A DNA stretch of 59,407 bases, filler included, from 6 parts of 6 records of this genome joined end to end with filler, not necessarily neighbours in it, one strand, 5' to 3'. Shown: positions 29,699-39,309, numbered from the whole stretch's first letter. Translations and numbers: made by a program. Notes: a model not told the origin generated them from the letters alone.

Positions 29699-30001
29699 GT
29701 CAAATGGGGGATATTATTTCTTAAAAAACCATCTAAAAGTATTGAAAATAAATTTAATTCTGTTTGTTCATATCATACGAAAGCGCCCTTGTCACTTTTC
29801 AGATTTTAGCCATGTTCTTACAGTAGGCGCTTTGTTATCATGTATATAAATATACTTAAAGTAAGACGATCTTCTGGGGCAGCCCGGATTCTATTTGCGG
29901 TTAACATTTTGTTACGAAGGCTGAGTTGACCTATAAAAATAATTTTTACCCTGATTAATGAATTGATAATAAACAATTTGTAATAAATGGGTTGCTTAAT
30001 C

Positions 30002-30029
30002 TCAAGCTTAACGGGTTATTCAGCGATAT
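30002..30029 (+). promoter_or_regulatory. possible sigma28/SigD promoter
   Basis: TCAA-N16-AGCGATAT versus the consensus TAAA-N15/16-GCCGATAT, about 60 nt upstream of a chemoreceptor gene. Confidence 0.35.
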
Positions 30030-30091
30030 TATATATATGTGTAATATCCAAAGCGTTGTATAACGGATAACAATTGATGGGAGCGGATAAC

Positions 30092-31399
30092 ATGAAATGG
30101 TTTGAGAAAAAATGGTTTGTCAATCTTAAAATCAGGACAAGACTCACCGTATGCTTTCTTTTTGTGGCGGTGGCAGCCGGGGCTATCGGTTTGGCTGGAA
30201 TACTATTTGTTTCGGGTGCGAATATACCGCATTCACTGACATTTTCAATTATAACAGGGACCGTTTCGGTATTCGTTATAATATTAGCACTGATTCTGGC
30301 TAACATTAACGCATTTTTGGTTTTAGATCCCATGGTAAAAAACGAGCGTATTATGGACCGGCTTTCAAACGGCAACTTGAAAACGGACGATATCCTCCGG
30401 GAAAGAGATGGATTCACTCTAAAATATAAAGATGAAATCGGCAGCTTTTCCCGGACTTTTATTCAGCTGATCGTATATTTTTATAACATGACAAACAGCG
30501 TTCAAAGTGTGGCAAAAGGAGATTTAACGACGGAGGTGGCCGTCAAATCTCCAGAGGACCAGTTGGGAAACGACTTTAAGAACCTTGTTGATAATTTTCA
30601 TGAACTTGTGTCCACAATGGTTGCGGCGATAGATCAGGTCGCGTCCGGCGCACAGCTGGTATCCGATTCCAGTCAAATCCTGTCTCAGGGGGCTATAAAT
30701 CAAGCCGGCACCGTTCAGCAGCTCACAGCGTCCTTTGAGCAGGTCTCCAGTAAAACACATTTAAACGCACAAAACGCCGAACAGGCCAATCAGCTGGTGA
30801 AGAGCGCAAAGGAAAATGCGTCTTCGGGAAATACTCAAATGAGTGACATGCTGAAGGCTATGGAGGATATCAATAATTCTTCAAGCAATATCAGCAATAT
30901 CATCAAAGTGATTGACGACATAGCATTTCAAACGAATATACTCGCACTGAATGCCGCCGTGGAAGCGGCAAAAGCAGGGCCACATGGCAAAGGTTTTGCT
31001 GTCGTTGCGGAAGAGGTTAAAAATCTGGCCGGCAAATCTGCCAATGCGGCTAAAGAGACAACAGAAATGATTAAAAACTCGGTTAGCAAAGTAGAAGTGG
31101 GTACAAAAATCGCACAGTACACAGCTAAGGCGCTTGATCAAATCATGTCTCAAATTGAACAGGCGGCTGATCTCATTGACTCAATCGCGGCAGCTTCAAC
31201 CGGGCAGGCCTTGAGCATTGAGGAAATCAATGAGGGTATCAGGCAGATATCCGAGGTAATTCAGACCAATACCGCAACCGCAGAGGAGAGCGCTGCCGCC
31301 AGCATGGAATTATCAAATCATGCGGATAAGCTGAAAGAACACGTTAATGTCTTTAAGCTCCGCTCCGGCAAAATGGCTCCTGTCGAACGTACCGTTTAA
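30092..31399 (+). CDS. methyl-accepting chemotaxis protein (two TM helices, two HAMP-like segments, MA domain)
   Basis: IAFQTNILALNAAVEAAKAG..GKGFAVVAEEVKNLA. HAMP motifs DEIG and DQLG. GGGAG before ATG 30092. Confidence 0.95.
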   Translation: MKWFEKKWFVNLKIRTRLTVCFLFVAVAAGAIGLAGILFVSGANIPHSLTFSIITGTVSVFVIILALILANINAFLVLDPMVKNERIMDRLSNGNLKTDDILRERDGFTLKYKDEIGSFSRTFIQLIVYFYNMTNSVQSVAKGDLTTEVAVKSPEDQLGNDFKNLVDNFHELVSTMVAAIDQVASGAQLVSDSSQILSQGAINQAGTVQQLTASFEQVSSKTHLNAQNAEQANQLVKSAKENASSGNTQMSDMLKAMEDINNSSSNISNIIKVIDDIAFQTNILALNAAVEAAKAGPHGKGFAVVAEEVKNLAGKSANAAKETTEMIKNSVSKVEVGTKIAQYTAKALDQIMSQIEQAADLIDSIAAASTGQALSIEEINEGIRQISEVIQTNTATAEESAAASMELSNHADKLKEHVNVFKLRSGKMAPVERTV

Positions 31400-31476
31400 C
31401 CAATACTGTAAAATTCTAAGACATATAAAAATAAGCTCCGGCGCTTCACTGCGGATGTCATCGGCCTGAGAACACA

Positions 31477-31511
31477 GAAAGCACCAAGACGTTTATGATC
31501 TTGGTGCTTTC
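31477..31511. terminator. hairpin downstream of the MCP gene
   Basis: Perfect 13-bp IR GAAAGCACCAAGA / TCTTGGTGCTTTC. Confidence 0.6.
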
Positions 31512-31536
31512 CAGCGTTACAGCGCAAAAAACCTGA

Positions 31537-31571
31537 TTTGTCGAAAAAACCTCAGGAACGGCTTTTCGACA
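31537..31571. repeat. REP/MITE-like palindromic repeat, copy 1
   Basis: TTTGTCGAAAAAACC..CGGCTTTTCGACA. A related copy lies at 38310-38339. Confidence 0.55.
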
Positions 31572-31574
31572 GTT

Positions 31575-31606
31575 TAAACCACCATATCTTAAGATGTGGT
31601 GGTTTA
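31575..31606. terminator. hairpin between convergent genes, likely a bidirectional terminator
   Basis: TAAACCACCATATCT-TA-AGATGTGGTGGTTTA. Confidence 0.6.
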
Positions 31607-31656
31607 ATTTTATGTAATACTTATTTGTGAATTTGTAGGCCGCTCAAGCAGTCGTG

Positions 31657-31839
31657 TTAACCAGGATTAATAAAATTGTCTTTAAAATAGTTAATACCTA
31701 ACCAGGCGAGAACAATTAATGCCGCCGCTATGACGATGACCAGAAGTCTCGTTAGCATCGGATGTTTACGGTCTTTGGCCTCCTTAAAGCCCAAGACAAG
31801 CACAAGAGCAACTAAAATGATACTTATAATCAAAGCCAT
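31657..31839 (-). CDS. small two-TM membrane protein of unknown function
   Basis: 60 aa with two hydrophobic helices separated by KEAKDRKH, and a strong RBS AAGGGGGTG upstream. Confidence 0.7.
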   Translation of the reverse strand: MALIISIILVALVLVLGFKEAKDRKHPMLTRLLVIVIAAALIVLAWLGINYFKDNFINPG

Positions 31840-32267
31840 TTAAACGCACCCCCTTTGATAGCCACTTATTTACATTATATACCTTGAATATAGGAATTAC
31901 AGTAAAAATATTTCAGTTAACAGGGATGCTCGTTTTTTATCAAAAATACTTCAGGCTATCGGGCTTTTAAGACATGAATTTACTGATACGATGTGCGGGT
32001 AATCCGTTGAAATATTATTAGGACAAAGCAGGTATATTTCCGTCTCTCCGACTGTATAGAGCAATTTATTGGATAATACAACATATGATGACAATCATTC
32101 TTGGGGAAGACAAACGTAGCATGTTACTTGCCATGCGACGATTTAAGGTAAATTTAAGATTAATAACAGCTGTGTGTCAGGTTTGCTTGCTAGGATGGTA
32201 TTGAGCCTGTAATGCAGCTGTTTTATTAGTTGTCGTTATATTTTATTTAAAACTTGGGGTTAAGGAA

Positions 32268-33364
32268 ATGGTTGTTATAAAGAAAAGGAGGAAATATAGA
32301 CGGATGATGTGGATTATCCTTCTGGTCGTCGTCATTGCGGCTTGTATTGTACTTCCGCCAAGCCGAGGGAGAATGCCAATGTTTCATGATGATCATGGCA
32401 ATATCCTTCCCGGGAGTGTTTCGGAGAAAACGTTTGTTGATGTTGACGGAACGGCGCTTGGGATGCTTATTACAGGGCGGGACAAGACAAAGCCGGTACT
32501 GCTTTTTCTTGGCGGGGGGCCGGGTATTCCTGAGTATTTATTGGAGTGTAAATACCCGACCGGATTTGCCGACGCGTTTGTTGTGTGTTATTTGGAATAT
32601 CGGGGCACATCCATTTCGTATCAAGCCTGCATGACGGCTGACTCAATGACAACAGATCGCTATTTGTCCGATGTGTTTGCTGTGACCGAATATTTGCTGG
32701 AACGTTTTAATCAAAATAAATTATATCTGATGGGACATTCTTTTGGGACGTACATCGGTATCCAGGCAGCATATCGGCACCCCGAGCTTTACGAGGCCTA
32801 TATTGCCATGTCTCAGCTTACTAACCAAATGGAATCGGAAAAGATCTCCTATCAGTATATGCTGGAGCAGTACCTTATGGCCGGCAATACAAAAATGATC
32901 AATGAATTTGAGAAATACCCGATTTTCTGCTCGGATGAAGTATATTTGAATTATTTTGCATCCTCCTTGAGAGACCGCGCAATGCATGATCTTGGAATAG
33001 GTACGACCCATAGTATGGATTCGGTTATTACGGGAATCTTTTTCCCAGTCTTCGTTGCAGGGCGTATACACCAAAAGAAAGAATCAACATATGGCGCAGC
33101 AAAGTGTTTATATCAGCTTCCCCCGTTGCCTTAGACCGTGCATTGTTTAACGCATTTGATGAGATTGAGTCTTTGGAGATTCCAGTTTATTTTTTTGGCG
33201 GCAAATATGATTATACCTGCTGCTACTCCTTGCAAAAAGAATACTATGAATATCTTAAAGCGCCAGTAAAAGATTTTTATACCTTTGATAATTCTGCGCA
33301 TAGTCCATTGTTTGAGGAACCTGATAAAGCTGTTGAAATTCTGAAATACCTAATATCCCAATAG
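32268..33364 (+). CDS. membrane-anchored alpha/beta hydrolase (proline iminopeptidase-like), frameshifted near 33039-33046
   Basis: GGGPG, nucleophile GHSFG, acid GKYD and SAHSPLFEEP. Adding one base gives IFFPSLRCRAYTPKERINIW. Confidence 0.85.
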
Positions 33365-33448
33365 CTCTTAAGCCCTGTGCGTTAACGAGCAGTTGGGCCA
33401 TGGCTGTGGGAGCACTGAAAATATTTATTTTGTGGAGGATATACTATC

Positions 33449-34318
33449 ATGCCTTATGGAAAACTGATTTCTAGTTTGAGGAGTAATGAAAAATTGAACA
33501 TTGTTATTTTTCTGCCGGTAATAATCGCAATTGTTATAGCGCTTTCGGGCTGCGGCGCAACACAAGGCAGCATCTTGATTCTTGAAAAGCCGGATGGGAC
33601 CGGCTGTTCGATGCAATTCAAGGAATGGAGCGATGAAAATAAATGTGAATTACAGTTGAGCAAGGGAGATGAACTTTTTGTTGAAATCTCTCATGAAAGT
33701 GGTGACAGCGCGTTGACTGTTTGCGGCAAAAATGGCAGTGAAGCCTATGCAGGTAATGCTTTGGAGTCCTGCGCATTTACTGTTGCCATATCAGAAGCGG
33801 ATACATATTTAATACAAATCAGTGGTAATAACGCAACCGGCAGCCTGTCAATCAATAAAATTACGGATAGCCAGCACGGTAATGAATCTGTTGAGGAGGC
33901 CGAAGCGGTTATGGAAGGCATAGACGTGCCCGAAGCAGTTTCGATTGCTGCAAAAGCTCGGGCAGCGAAGTATTTTGATATGAACTGCACAGATTTCCCC
34001 GAGTACCAATACACGGCCTGGCGCATCGAGAACTTAGAGTGGGTATATACCTATGACGACATGGCAGGCATAACACTGGACATATACCGCATGAACTATG
34101 AACTCCACTCCAAAGCACCGGAGAATGTCATCATAACCGGCGGAATGTACATTGCCGAGGGCAACTGGGTGTGCCCCACATACCCCAGCTGTACCTACCT
34201 CGTGTTCAATGCCGATTCGGATGCGTGTCTCTTTGACATGGTGGAAAACGACTGCACACCAGGCGATGAAACCTTTACCGAGGATGTGTACCGTATGTTA
34301 TCTTTATCACAAGTATAA
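33449..34318 (+). CDS. hypothetical lipoprotein, apparently two domains
   Basis: GGAGG RBS and a hydrophobic stretch ending in lipobox LSGC. No family is recognisable. Confidence 0.65.
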   Translation: MPYGKLISSLRSNEKLNIVIFLPVIIAIVIALSGCGATQGSILILEKPDGTGCSMQFKEWSDENKCELQLSKGDELFVEISHESGDSALTVCGKNGSEAYAGNALESCAFTVAISEADTYLIQISGNNATGSLSINKITDSQHGNESVEEAEAVMEGIDVPEAVSIAAKARAAKYFDMNCTDFPEYQYTAWRIENLEWVYTYDDMAGITLDIYRMNYELHSKAPENVIITGGMYIAEGNWVCPTYPSCTYLVFNADSDACLFDMVENDCTPGDETFTEDVYRMLSLSQV

Positions 34319-34460
34319 AAATTGTATATAGGATATCGGCTTAATACACTTTAAGAGTGCCTGACTGGATAAATTCACAAGCCGCAAGATAGATCGGCTG
34401 ACGGACGGCTTTTTTTGCGGTGCTCTGCTACAAGGCTTCAAGTTTTTATCGATGATACGT

Positions 34461-34505
34461 AGTCGCCGCAATAGCCGGAGCAGTGCTCCGGCTATTGCGG
34501 CGACT
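34461..34505. repeat. perfect 22-bp inverted repeat with a 1-nt spacer
   Basis: AGTCGCCGCAATAGCCGGAGCA-G-TGCTCCGGCTATTGCGGCGACT. Confidence 0.95.
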
Positions 34506-34636
34506 TTAATTCTCTCGCTGTAATCCTGAATACGTATCAACCTGTTTGAAGGTGCAAACGGCTAACACGTCCGGAAAGAGGCATAATTAATAGGTGAAAA
34601 CTGAGCCCTGCTAAATCTTTATTAGGAGTTTTTAAT

Positions 34637-35152
34637 ATGGAAAAGCCGCTTATTGCGTATTTCTCCCGGGAAGGAAAGAACTATGTGGATAAAAGAATGC
34701 GAAGCCTCACAATCGGTAATACCGAGATCGTTGCACGAAAAATACAAGAACTCACGAGTGGCGATTTGTTAAAGATCGAGACCATAAGTGCTTACCCAGA
34801 TGACTATACCCAAACCATTAAAATAACAAAGGAAGAGACCCGTAACAATGCCCGGCCGGCCATTAGAAGCTTTAAATCAGATGCTCATGACCTTATTTAT
34901 CTCGGCTTCCCGATCTGGTGGGGGACAATGCCGATGCCAGTCTTTTCGTTCCTGGAGGCCTGGGAATGCGCAGCGCAGGCTATTGCGCCCTTTTGCACGC
35001 ATGAAGGCAGCGGACTGGGACGCAGTATCCGGGATATAAAAGGCTTATGCCCTAACGTAAAGGTCTTACCCGGCCTGGCGATTAAAGGAGGCAATGTCTA
35101 TAACGCTGACGGCGATATAGTAAATTGGGTAAATAAGCTGAAGCTATTGTAA
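34637..35152 (+). CDS. flavodoxin-like protein
   Basis: IAYFSR..GNT, GFPIWWGTMP and PFCTHEGSGLG. AGGAG RBS. Confidence 0.9.
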   Translation: MEKPLIAYFSREGKNYVDKRMRSLTIGNTEIVARKIQELTSGDLLKIETISAYPDDYTQTIKITKEETRNNARPAIRSFKSDAHDLIYLGFPIWWGTMPMPVFSFLEAWECAAQAIAPFCTHEGSGLGRSIRDIKGLCPNVKVLPGLAIKGGNVYNADGDIVNWVNKLKLL

Positions 35153-35215
35153 CCCGTAACGGCAATGCTCAGAGCCTTCTGGGCCGTTGCTCGTAGCCGC
35201 GGCTTTATTCTTGGC

Positions 35216-36475
35216 TTATTTGTATGTTTCAAACAAGTCGATCATCGCGTCGAAATTCTCTCTTTTTGCGTTTTGGAGGCTGCCGTTGAAATCGAAAATA
35301 TAGCCGCCGCCCGGCGCGCAGGTATCAATCAGGTATTTGCAATAATCAACAACCTGCTCTTTCTTGCCGAATTCCAGAAGCGTGATCGGCAGATTACCCA
35401 TGATGCACGCGGTTCCGCCCAGGATGCTTTTGGCTTTTTCCATATCGACATCCTCAAAATGATAGAGGACCTTGCCTTTCGGCACATCTGTCAAATACTC
35501 CAGCCGCGTATGATATTTGCCTTCCGTATATATGTATGGGGTTACGCCCATATCGACCAACGCCATTATGATCTTTTTAAGCGGTTTCCAATAGAGCCTT
35601 TCATACTGCTGCGGATTCATAAAACCGTCCATACCCTTGTGAAGCGGGAAGAAAACACGCTTTACCGGAAGCGGCGCAACGCGGAAATATTGAAGCGCCT
35701 CAATCTGATGATCGGCAAACATATCGCAGGCGGCGCTGATTTCATCCTCATGCTCAAACAGGTCTTCCATGATGCCGATCGTTCCGCGATAAAAATCACC
35801 AAGAACATCATAGGGGGCCGACCCAATACCCGTAAACATCGGCGGCATGCCGACGGCAGCCAGCTTGCCAATATATTCGTTGAACATTTCGCCAGCTTCG
35901 GTGTTGAGTTGTCCGATTTCCTGTAATGTTTTATAAGTCTCCAGCATGGCGGGCGAATAGAAAGGCGCCAAGCCACCGGCGTCAAAAACGGCGATTGTTC
36001 CGGGAATGCCGGCCCCGCTGAAGGCCTGCATGTTCGCAAAGGCTCTCGGCACGTATTTACGCAGCATGAAGCCAGTGAAATCATTTAAAAGCTCAGGATA
36101 TTCGTTCGGCATCATAAACTCATATTCGATAACCTGATGCGTGCTGTGATCGGAAACCTTTGTGCCGGGACGTCCCGGCCAGTCGATAATCCTTGTGCCG
36201 GACAGCTCGTTGGCACGGCCGCTTCGGAACCCGGAAAAGGAGTGCGCGTCAAAAATGGGATAATCCTGATAGAATTTTACAAACGCATCTCCTGCTTTCT
36301 TAAAGTCATAATGGAGATCTCTATAGCTTGAACCGCAAAAGTTAAGTACAACGCCGTCACAAAAAGGAGCAAAGGGAATTCGGTCCGTCTCCTTTAAAGC
36401 GATGGCATCCTCGATGCGCTGAGCACGCTCGGCAAATTTAATCATTTCGGGTGACGGTGTCGCATTGTTTTCCAT
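35216..36475 (-). CDS. uroporphyrinogen decarboxylase-superfamily protein (corrinoid methyltransferase-like branch)
   Basis: ETDRIPF, FYRG..GIMEDL, FMNPQQYERLYWKPLK, ACIMGNLP and APGGGYI. AAGGAGG RBS. Confidence 0.85.
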   Translation of the reverse strand: MENNATPSPEMIKFAERAQRIEDAIALKETDRIPFAPFCDGVVLNFCGSSYRDLHYDFKKAGDAFVKFYQDYPIFDAHSFSGFRSGRANELSGTRIIDWPGRPGTKVSDHSTHQVIEYEFMMPNEYPELLNDFTGFMLRKYVPRAFANMQAFSGAGIPGTIAVFDAGGLAPFYSPAMLETYKTLQEIGQLNTEAGEMFNEYIGKLAAVGMPPMFTGIGSAPYDVLGDFYRGTIGIMEDLFEHEDEISAACDMFADHQIEALQYFRVAPLPVKRVFFPLHKGMDGFMNPQQYERLYWKPLKKIIMALVDMGVTPYIYTEGKYHTRLEYLTDVPKGKVLYHFEDVDMEKAKSILGGTACIMGNLPITLLEFGKKEQVVDYCKYLIDTCAPGGGYIFDFNGSLQNAKRENFDAMIDLFETYK

Positions 36476-36647
36476 GGAAAGATCCTCCTTATGTAGTCAT
36501 TATCGGCAGACTCCTTCGCTTAGAGCATACTGATCAATGTCTTAATAAAATCATTATAAGGACCTTTTTAGGTATTCGTAAATACTAAGAATCTGTTGAT
36601 TTCAAACAGGTGATTTAGTACAATGTGCATGAAAGGTGTGGGTTGTG

Positions 36648-38183
36648 ATGGTTTTATGCATCGGCATGATTGAGGACAACCTTGGCAGAAAGGTCCATTT
36701 CAAAAATTCCGTTCATTCAGACAATCAGTTTGTGCTTGAACGGTGTGAAATCTATAAAAGCAGAAAAATTTTCAATACGGGTGTAATCTATATTGCCAAA
36801 GCGGAGGATCTGCCGGATAATTTTACCGTTCAGGATGACGCGGCGCTGATCTCTATTGGGATGCCGCCGGAGCACATTTTAGAATCTGCCTTGCAGATTC
36901 TTGTTCTGGATGCGTCTACCGACCTGATTGAATTGGCCAATGATGTGCACCAGATTTTTTTTGAATACAACACGCTTGAACAAAATCTTCAGGATGCGGT
37001 CAACAAGGGCCGCAGCATTCAGTATATGGTCAACCTGATGGCGCCTTATCTTAACGGCAATGAGCTTTTCGTGGGGCACCCCGACTTTAGGATTATTGGC
37101 CAGTCAAACGAAACAATACATACCTTTGAGATATCAGGGTTGGAGCAGCCCGACGAGAACGGTAACATATCGTCTGAGAATGTATCGTTTTTCAAAAATG
37201 ATATAATATTCAATAATCTCAGGTCCAGCACCACACCCTTTATCTATGAGCCGAGCATCTATAGCTGCAGGACCGTTGGCATGAACGTTTACCGTCGGGG
37301 GGAAGTTGCCTGCCGGGTCCATATTTGTGAAGATGTCAATACTTTTCGGGGCTATGAGTCGGGCCTTGCCCAGTTTTTTGCAGCCTTTGTTCAGATCATT
37401 TATGACACAACCGTTGACGCAAACGATATCATGCCAAAAAATCAACTGGAGGATCTGCTTAAAAGTCTTCTTGCCGGTGAAACTGTCGAGTATCGGGAGC
37501 TTGAAGGCAGTGTGTTAAAACGCGGGTGGTCGCCTTCGGGCTCGTTTGTATGCGCCGGGATCTTGCCGAGCGATCGGGATTTATATAACCAGACGGTTCA
37601 TTTTTATTGTGAAACATTTAACCGCGATATTGACGGAGGGTGTTTCTTTGAGTACCACGGAATGATCGTCGGTGTGATAAGCCTGGCCGGTTACAATGGG
37701 TCCATAGAGGTTTTTAACAAAAAGAATCTTGAGATATTCCGTTTCGGTAATTTTAGAATTGGCTACAGCAATAGCCTGACAGAATTAAAAAATATCCGGC
37801 ACTATTACCTGCAGGCTGAAATTGCCTTGAAGATTGGGCTGAAAACGAATCCGACTCAATGGTTTCACCGATTTTCGGATATTGTTTTTTACTATCTGGG
37901 ATCTAAAATGACAGAGGACTTAGACGGACGCTATTTATGCGCACCGGAGATTTTAGTGCTGCACAACTATGATTCAAAAAATCAAACAGAGCTGCTTAAG
38001 ACCCTGCAGGTTTATATTGAAAACCAAATGAACGCTATAAAAACGGCAAATAAACTATATATTCACAGGACTACAATGACGTATCGACTGGGAAGGATCA
38101 AGGAGTTAACCGGTCTTGATTTTAAAAATCCAGCAAAGCTGCTGTATCTTGCAATCTCGATTAATTTTCTGTTTAAGGAATAA
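36648..38183 (+). CDS. PucR/CdaR-family transcriptional regulator
   Basis: C-terminal HTH LLKTLQVY..NAIKTANKLYIHRTTMTYRLGRIKELTG, preceded by a degenerate GGDEF-like region. Divergent from the URO-D gene. Confidence 0.88.
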   Translation: MVLCIGMIEDNLGRKVHFKNSVHSDNQFVLERCEIYKSRKIFNTGVIYIAKAEDLPDNFTVQDDAALISIGMPPEHILESALQILVLDASTDLIELANDVHQIFFEYNTLEQNLQDAVNKGRSIQYMVNLMAPYLNGNELFVGHPDFRIIGQSNETIHTFEISGLEQPDENGNISSENVSFFKNDIIFNNLRSSTTPFIYEPSIYSCRTVGMNVYRRGEVACRVHICEDVNTFRGYESGLAQFFAAFVQIIYDTTVDANDIMPKNQLEDLLKSLLAGETVEYRELEGSVLKRGWSPSGSFVCAGILPSDRDLYNQTVHFYCETFNRDIDGGCFFEYHGMIVGVISLAGYNGSIEVFNKKNLEIFRFGNFRIGYSNSLTELKNIRHYYLQAEIALKIGLKTNPTQWFHRFSDIVFYYLGSKMTEDLDGRYLCAPEILVLHNYDSKNQTELLKTLQVYIENQMNAIKTANKLYIHRTTMTYRLGRIKELTGLDFKNPAKLLYLAISINFLFKE

Positions 38184-38309
38184 AAAAGAGTGTCTCTGCA
38201 ACGCGTTGAGATAGTAATGGGTTTCCCTTGCATCATTCGGCACTGACCGGCGAGGCGTCTGGTCTTACGTGCAAATGGTCTTGCGAGCGCCTCGGGATGA
38301 GAACTTTGT

Positions 38310-38339
38310 TTTGTCGAAAAAGCCGCGAAAGCGGCTTTT
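38310..38339. repeat. REP/MITE-like palindromic repeat, copy 2, cut by the contig end
   Basis: TTTGTCGAAAAAGCCGC-GAAA-GCGGCTTTT. Confidence 0.55.
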
Positions 38340-38439
38340 NNNNNNNNNNNNNNNNNNNNNNNNNNNNNNNNNNNNNNNNNNNNTTAATTAATTAANNNNN
38401 NNNNNNNNNNNNNNNNNNNNNNNNNNNNNNNNNNNNNNN
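38340..38439. other. artificial contig linker
   Basis: N44-TTAATTAATTAA-N44. Confidence 0.99.
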
Positions 38440-38441
38440 AA

Positions 38442-38843
38442 AGAACAAAATATCGTCGTCCTCATCGCGTAAGTTATGAAGGAAAAGCAAAAGGTAGAAA
38501 TGAAATTATTAATGGTGATTTCGCATTAGTTGCACGTGAAGGTGCATGGATAACAAACCGCCAAATTGAAGCTGCCAGAATTGCTATGACTAGACACATG
38601 AAAAGATTAGGGAAAGTATGGATTAATATCTTCCCTCACTTAGCAAAAACTAAAAAACCACTAGAAGTGCGTATGGGTTCTGGTAAAGGAGCTCCTGACA
38701 CATGGGTGGCAGTTGTAAAAAAAGGTAAAATTATGTTTGAAATCAATGGTGTATCTGAAGAGATCGCTAGAGAAGCATTACGCTTAGCATCACATAAATT
38801 ACCGATTAAATGTAAAATTGTAAAAAGAGGTGAGCAAGCGTGA
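38442..38843 (+). CDS. rplP: 50S ribosomal protein L16, 5' truncated
   Basis: [27 protein letters not shown]. The frame is open from the contig edge. Confidence 0.97.
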   Translation, partial: RTKYRRPHRVSYEGKAKGRNEIINGDFALVAREGAWITNRQIEAARIAMTRHMKRLGKVWINIFPHLAKTKKPLEVRMGSGKGAPDTWVAVVKKGKIMFEINGVSEEIAREALRLASHKLPIKCKIVKRGEQA

Positions 38844-39025
38844 AGGCAAAAGAAATCAGAAAAGCAACAACAGCTGATTTAGAAAAACGTATTGTCGAGC
38901 TTAAAAAAGAGTTATTCAACTTACGCTTTCAACTTGCAGTAGGTCAGCTCGAAAATACAGCTCAAATTGGAAAAGTAAAAACTATCGCACAAATGAAAAC
39001 AATCATTAGTGAACGTGCAGAATAA
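38840..39025 (+). CDS. rpmC: 50S ribosomal protein L29
   Basis: [16 protein letters not shown], and operon position. Confidence 0.96.
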   Translation: MKAKEIRKATTADLEKRIVELKKELFNLRFQLAVGQLENTAQIGKVKTIAQMKTIISERAE

Positions 39026-39035
39026 GGAGGATACT

Positions 39036-39296
39036 ATGGAACGTAAAACAAGAAAAGTATATACGGGAACAGTTGTATCTGACAAAATGGATAAAACGAT
39101 TACCGTGATTGTAACAACTTATAAAAAATCTCCTTTATACGGAAAGCGTGTAAAGGTTTCAAAGAAATTTCATGTGCATGATGAACAAGGCTTAGCAGGT
39201 ATTGGTGATACAGTTTCTATTATGGAAACTAGACCGCTATCAAAAACTAAGAGATTCCGTCTCTTAAAAGTTACTGCTAAAGCTGAGTTAGTATAA
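39036..39296 (+). CDS. rpsQ: 30S ribosomal protein S17
   Basis: [11 protein letters not shown] and [16 protein letters not shown] before ATG 39036. Confidence 0.97.
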   Translation: MERKTRKVYTGTVVSDKMDKTITVIVTTYKKSPLYGKRVKVSKKFHVHDEQGLAGIGDTVSIMETRPLSKTKRFRLLKVTAKAELV

Positions 39297-39309
39297 GGAG
39301 GGCGAACGT

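Noticed and set aside
29700..30070. c-di-GMP or other riboswitch upstream of the MCP
   Set aside because: The conserved cores were not found. Only an 8-bp IR (AAAGCGCC/GGCGCTTT) is present.
32161..32240. Integron attC site
   Set aside because: There is no proper RYYYAAC/GTTRRRY pair, no repeated cassette structure and no integrase.
35165..35926. 253-aa plus-strand ORF
   Set aside because: Antisense shadow of the URO-D-family gene.
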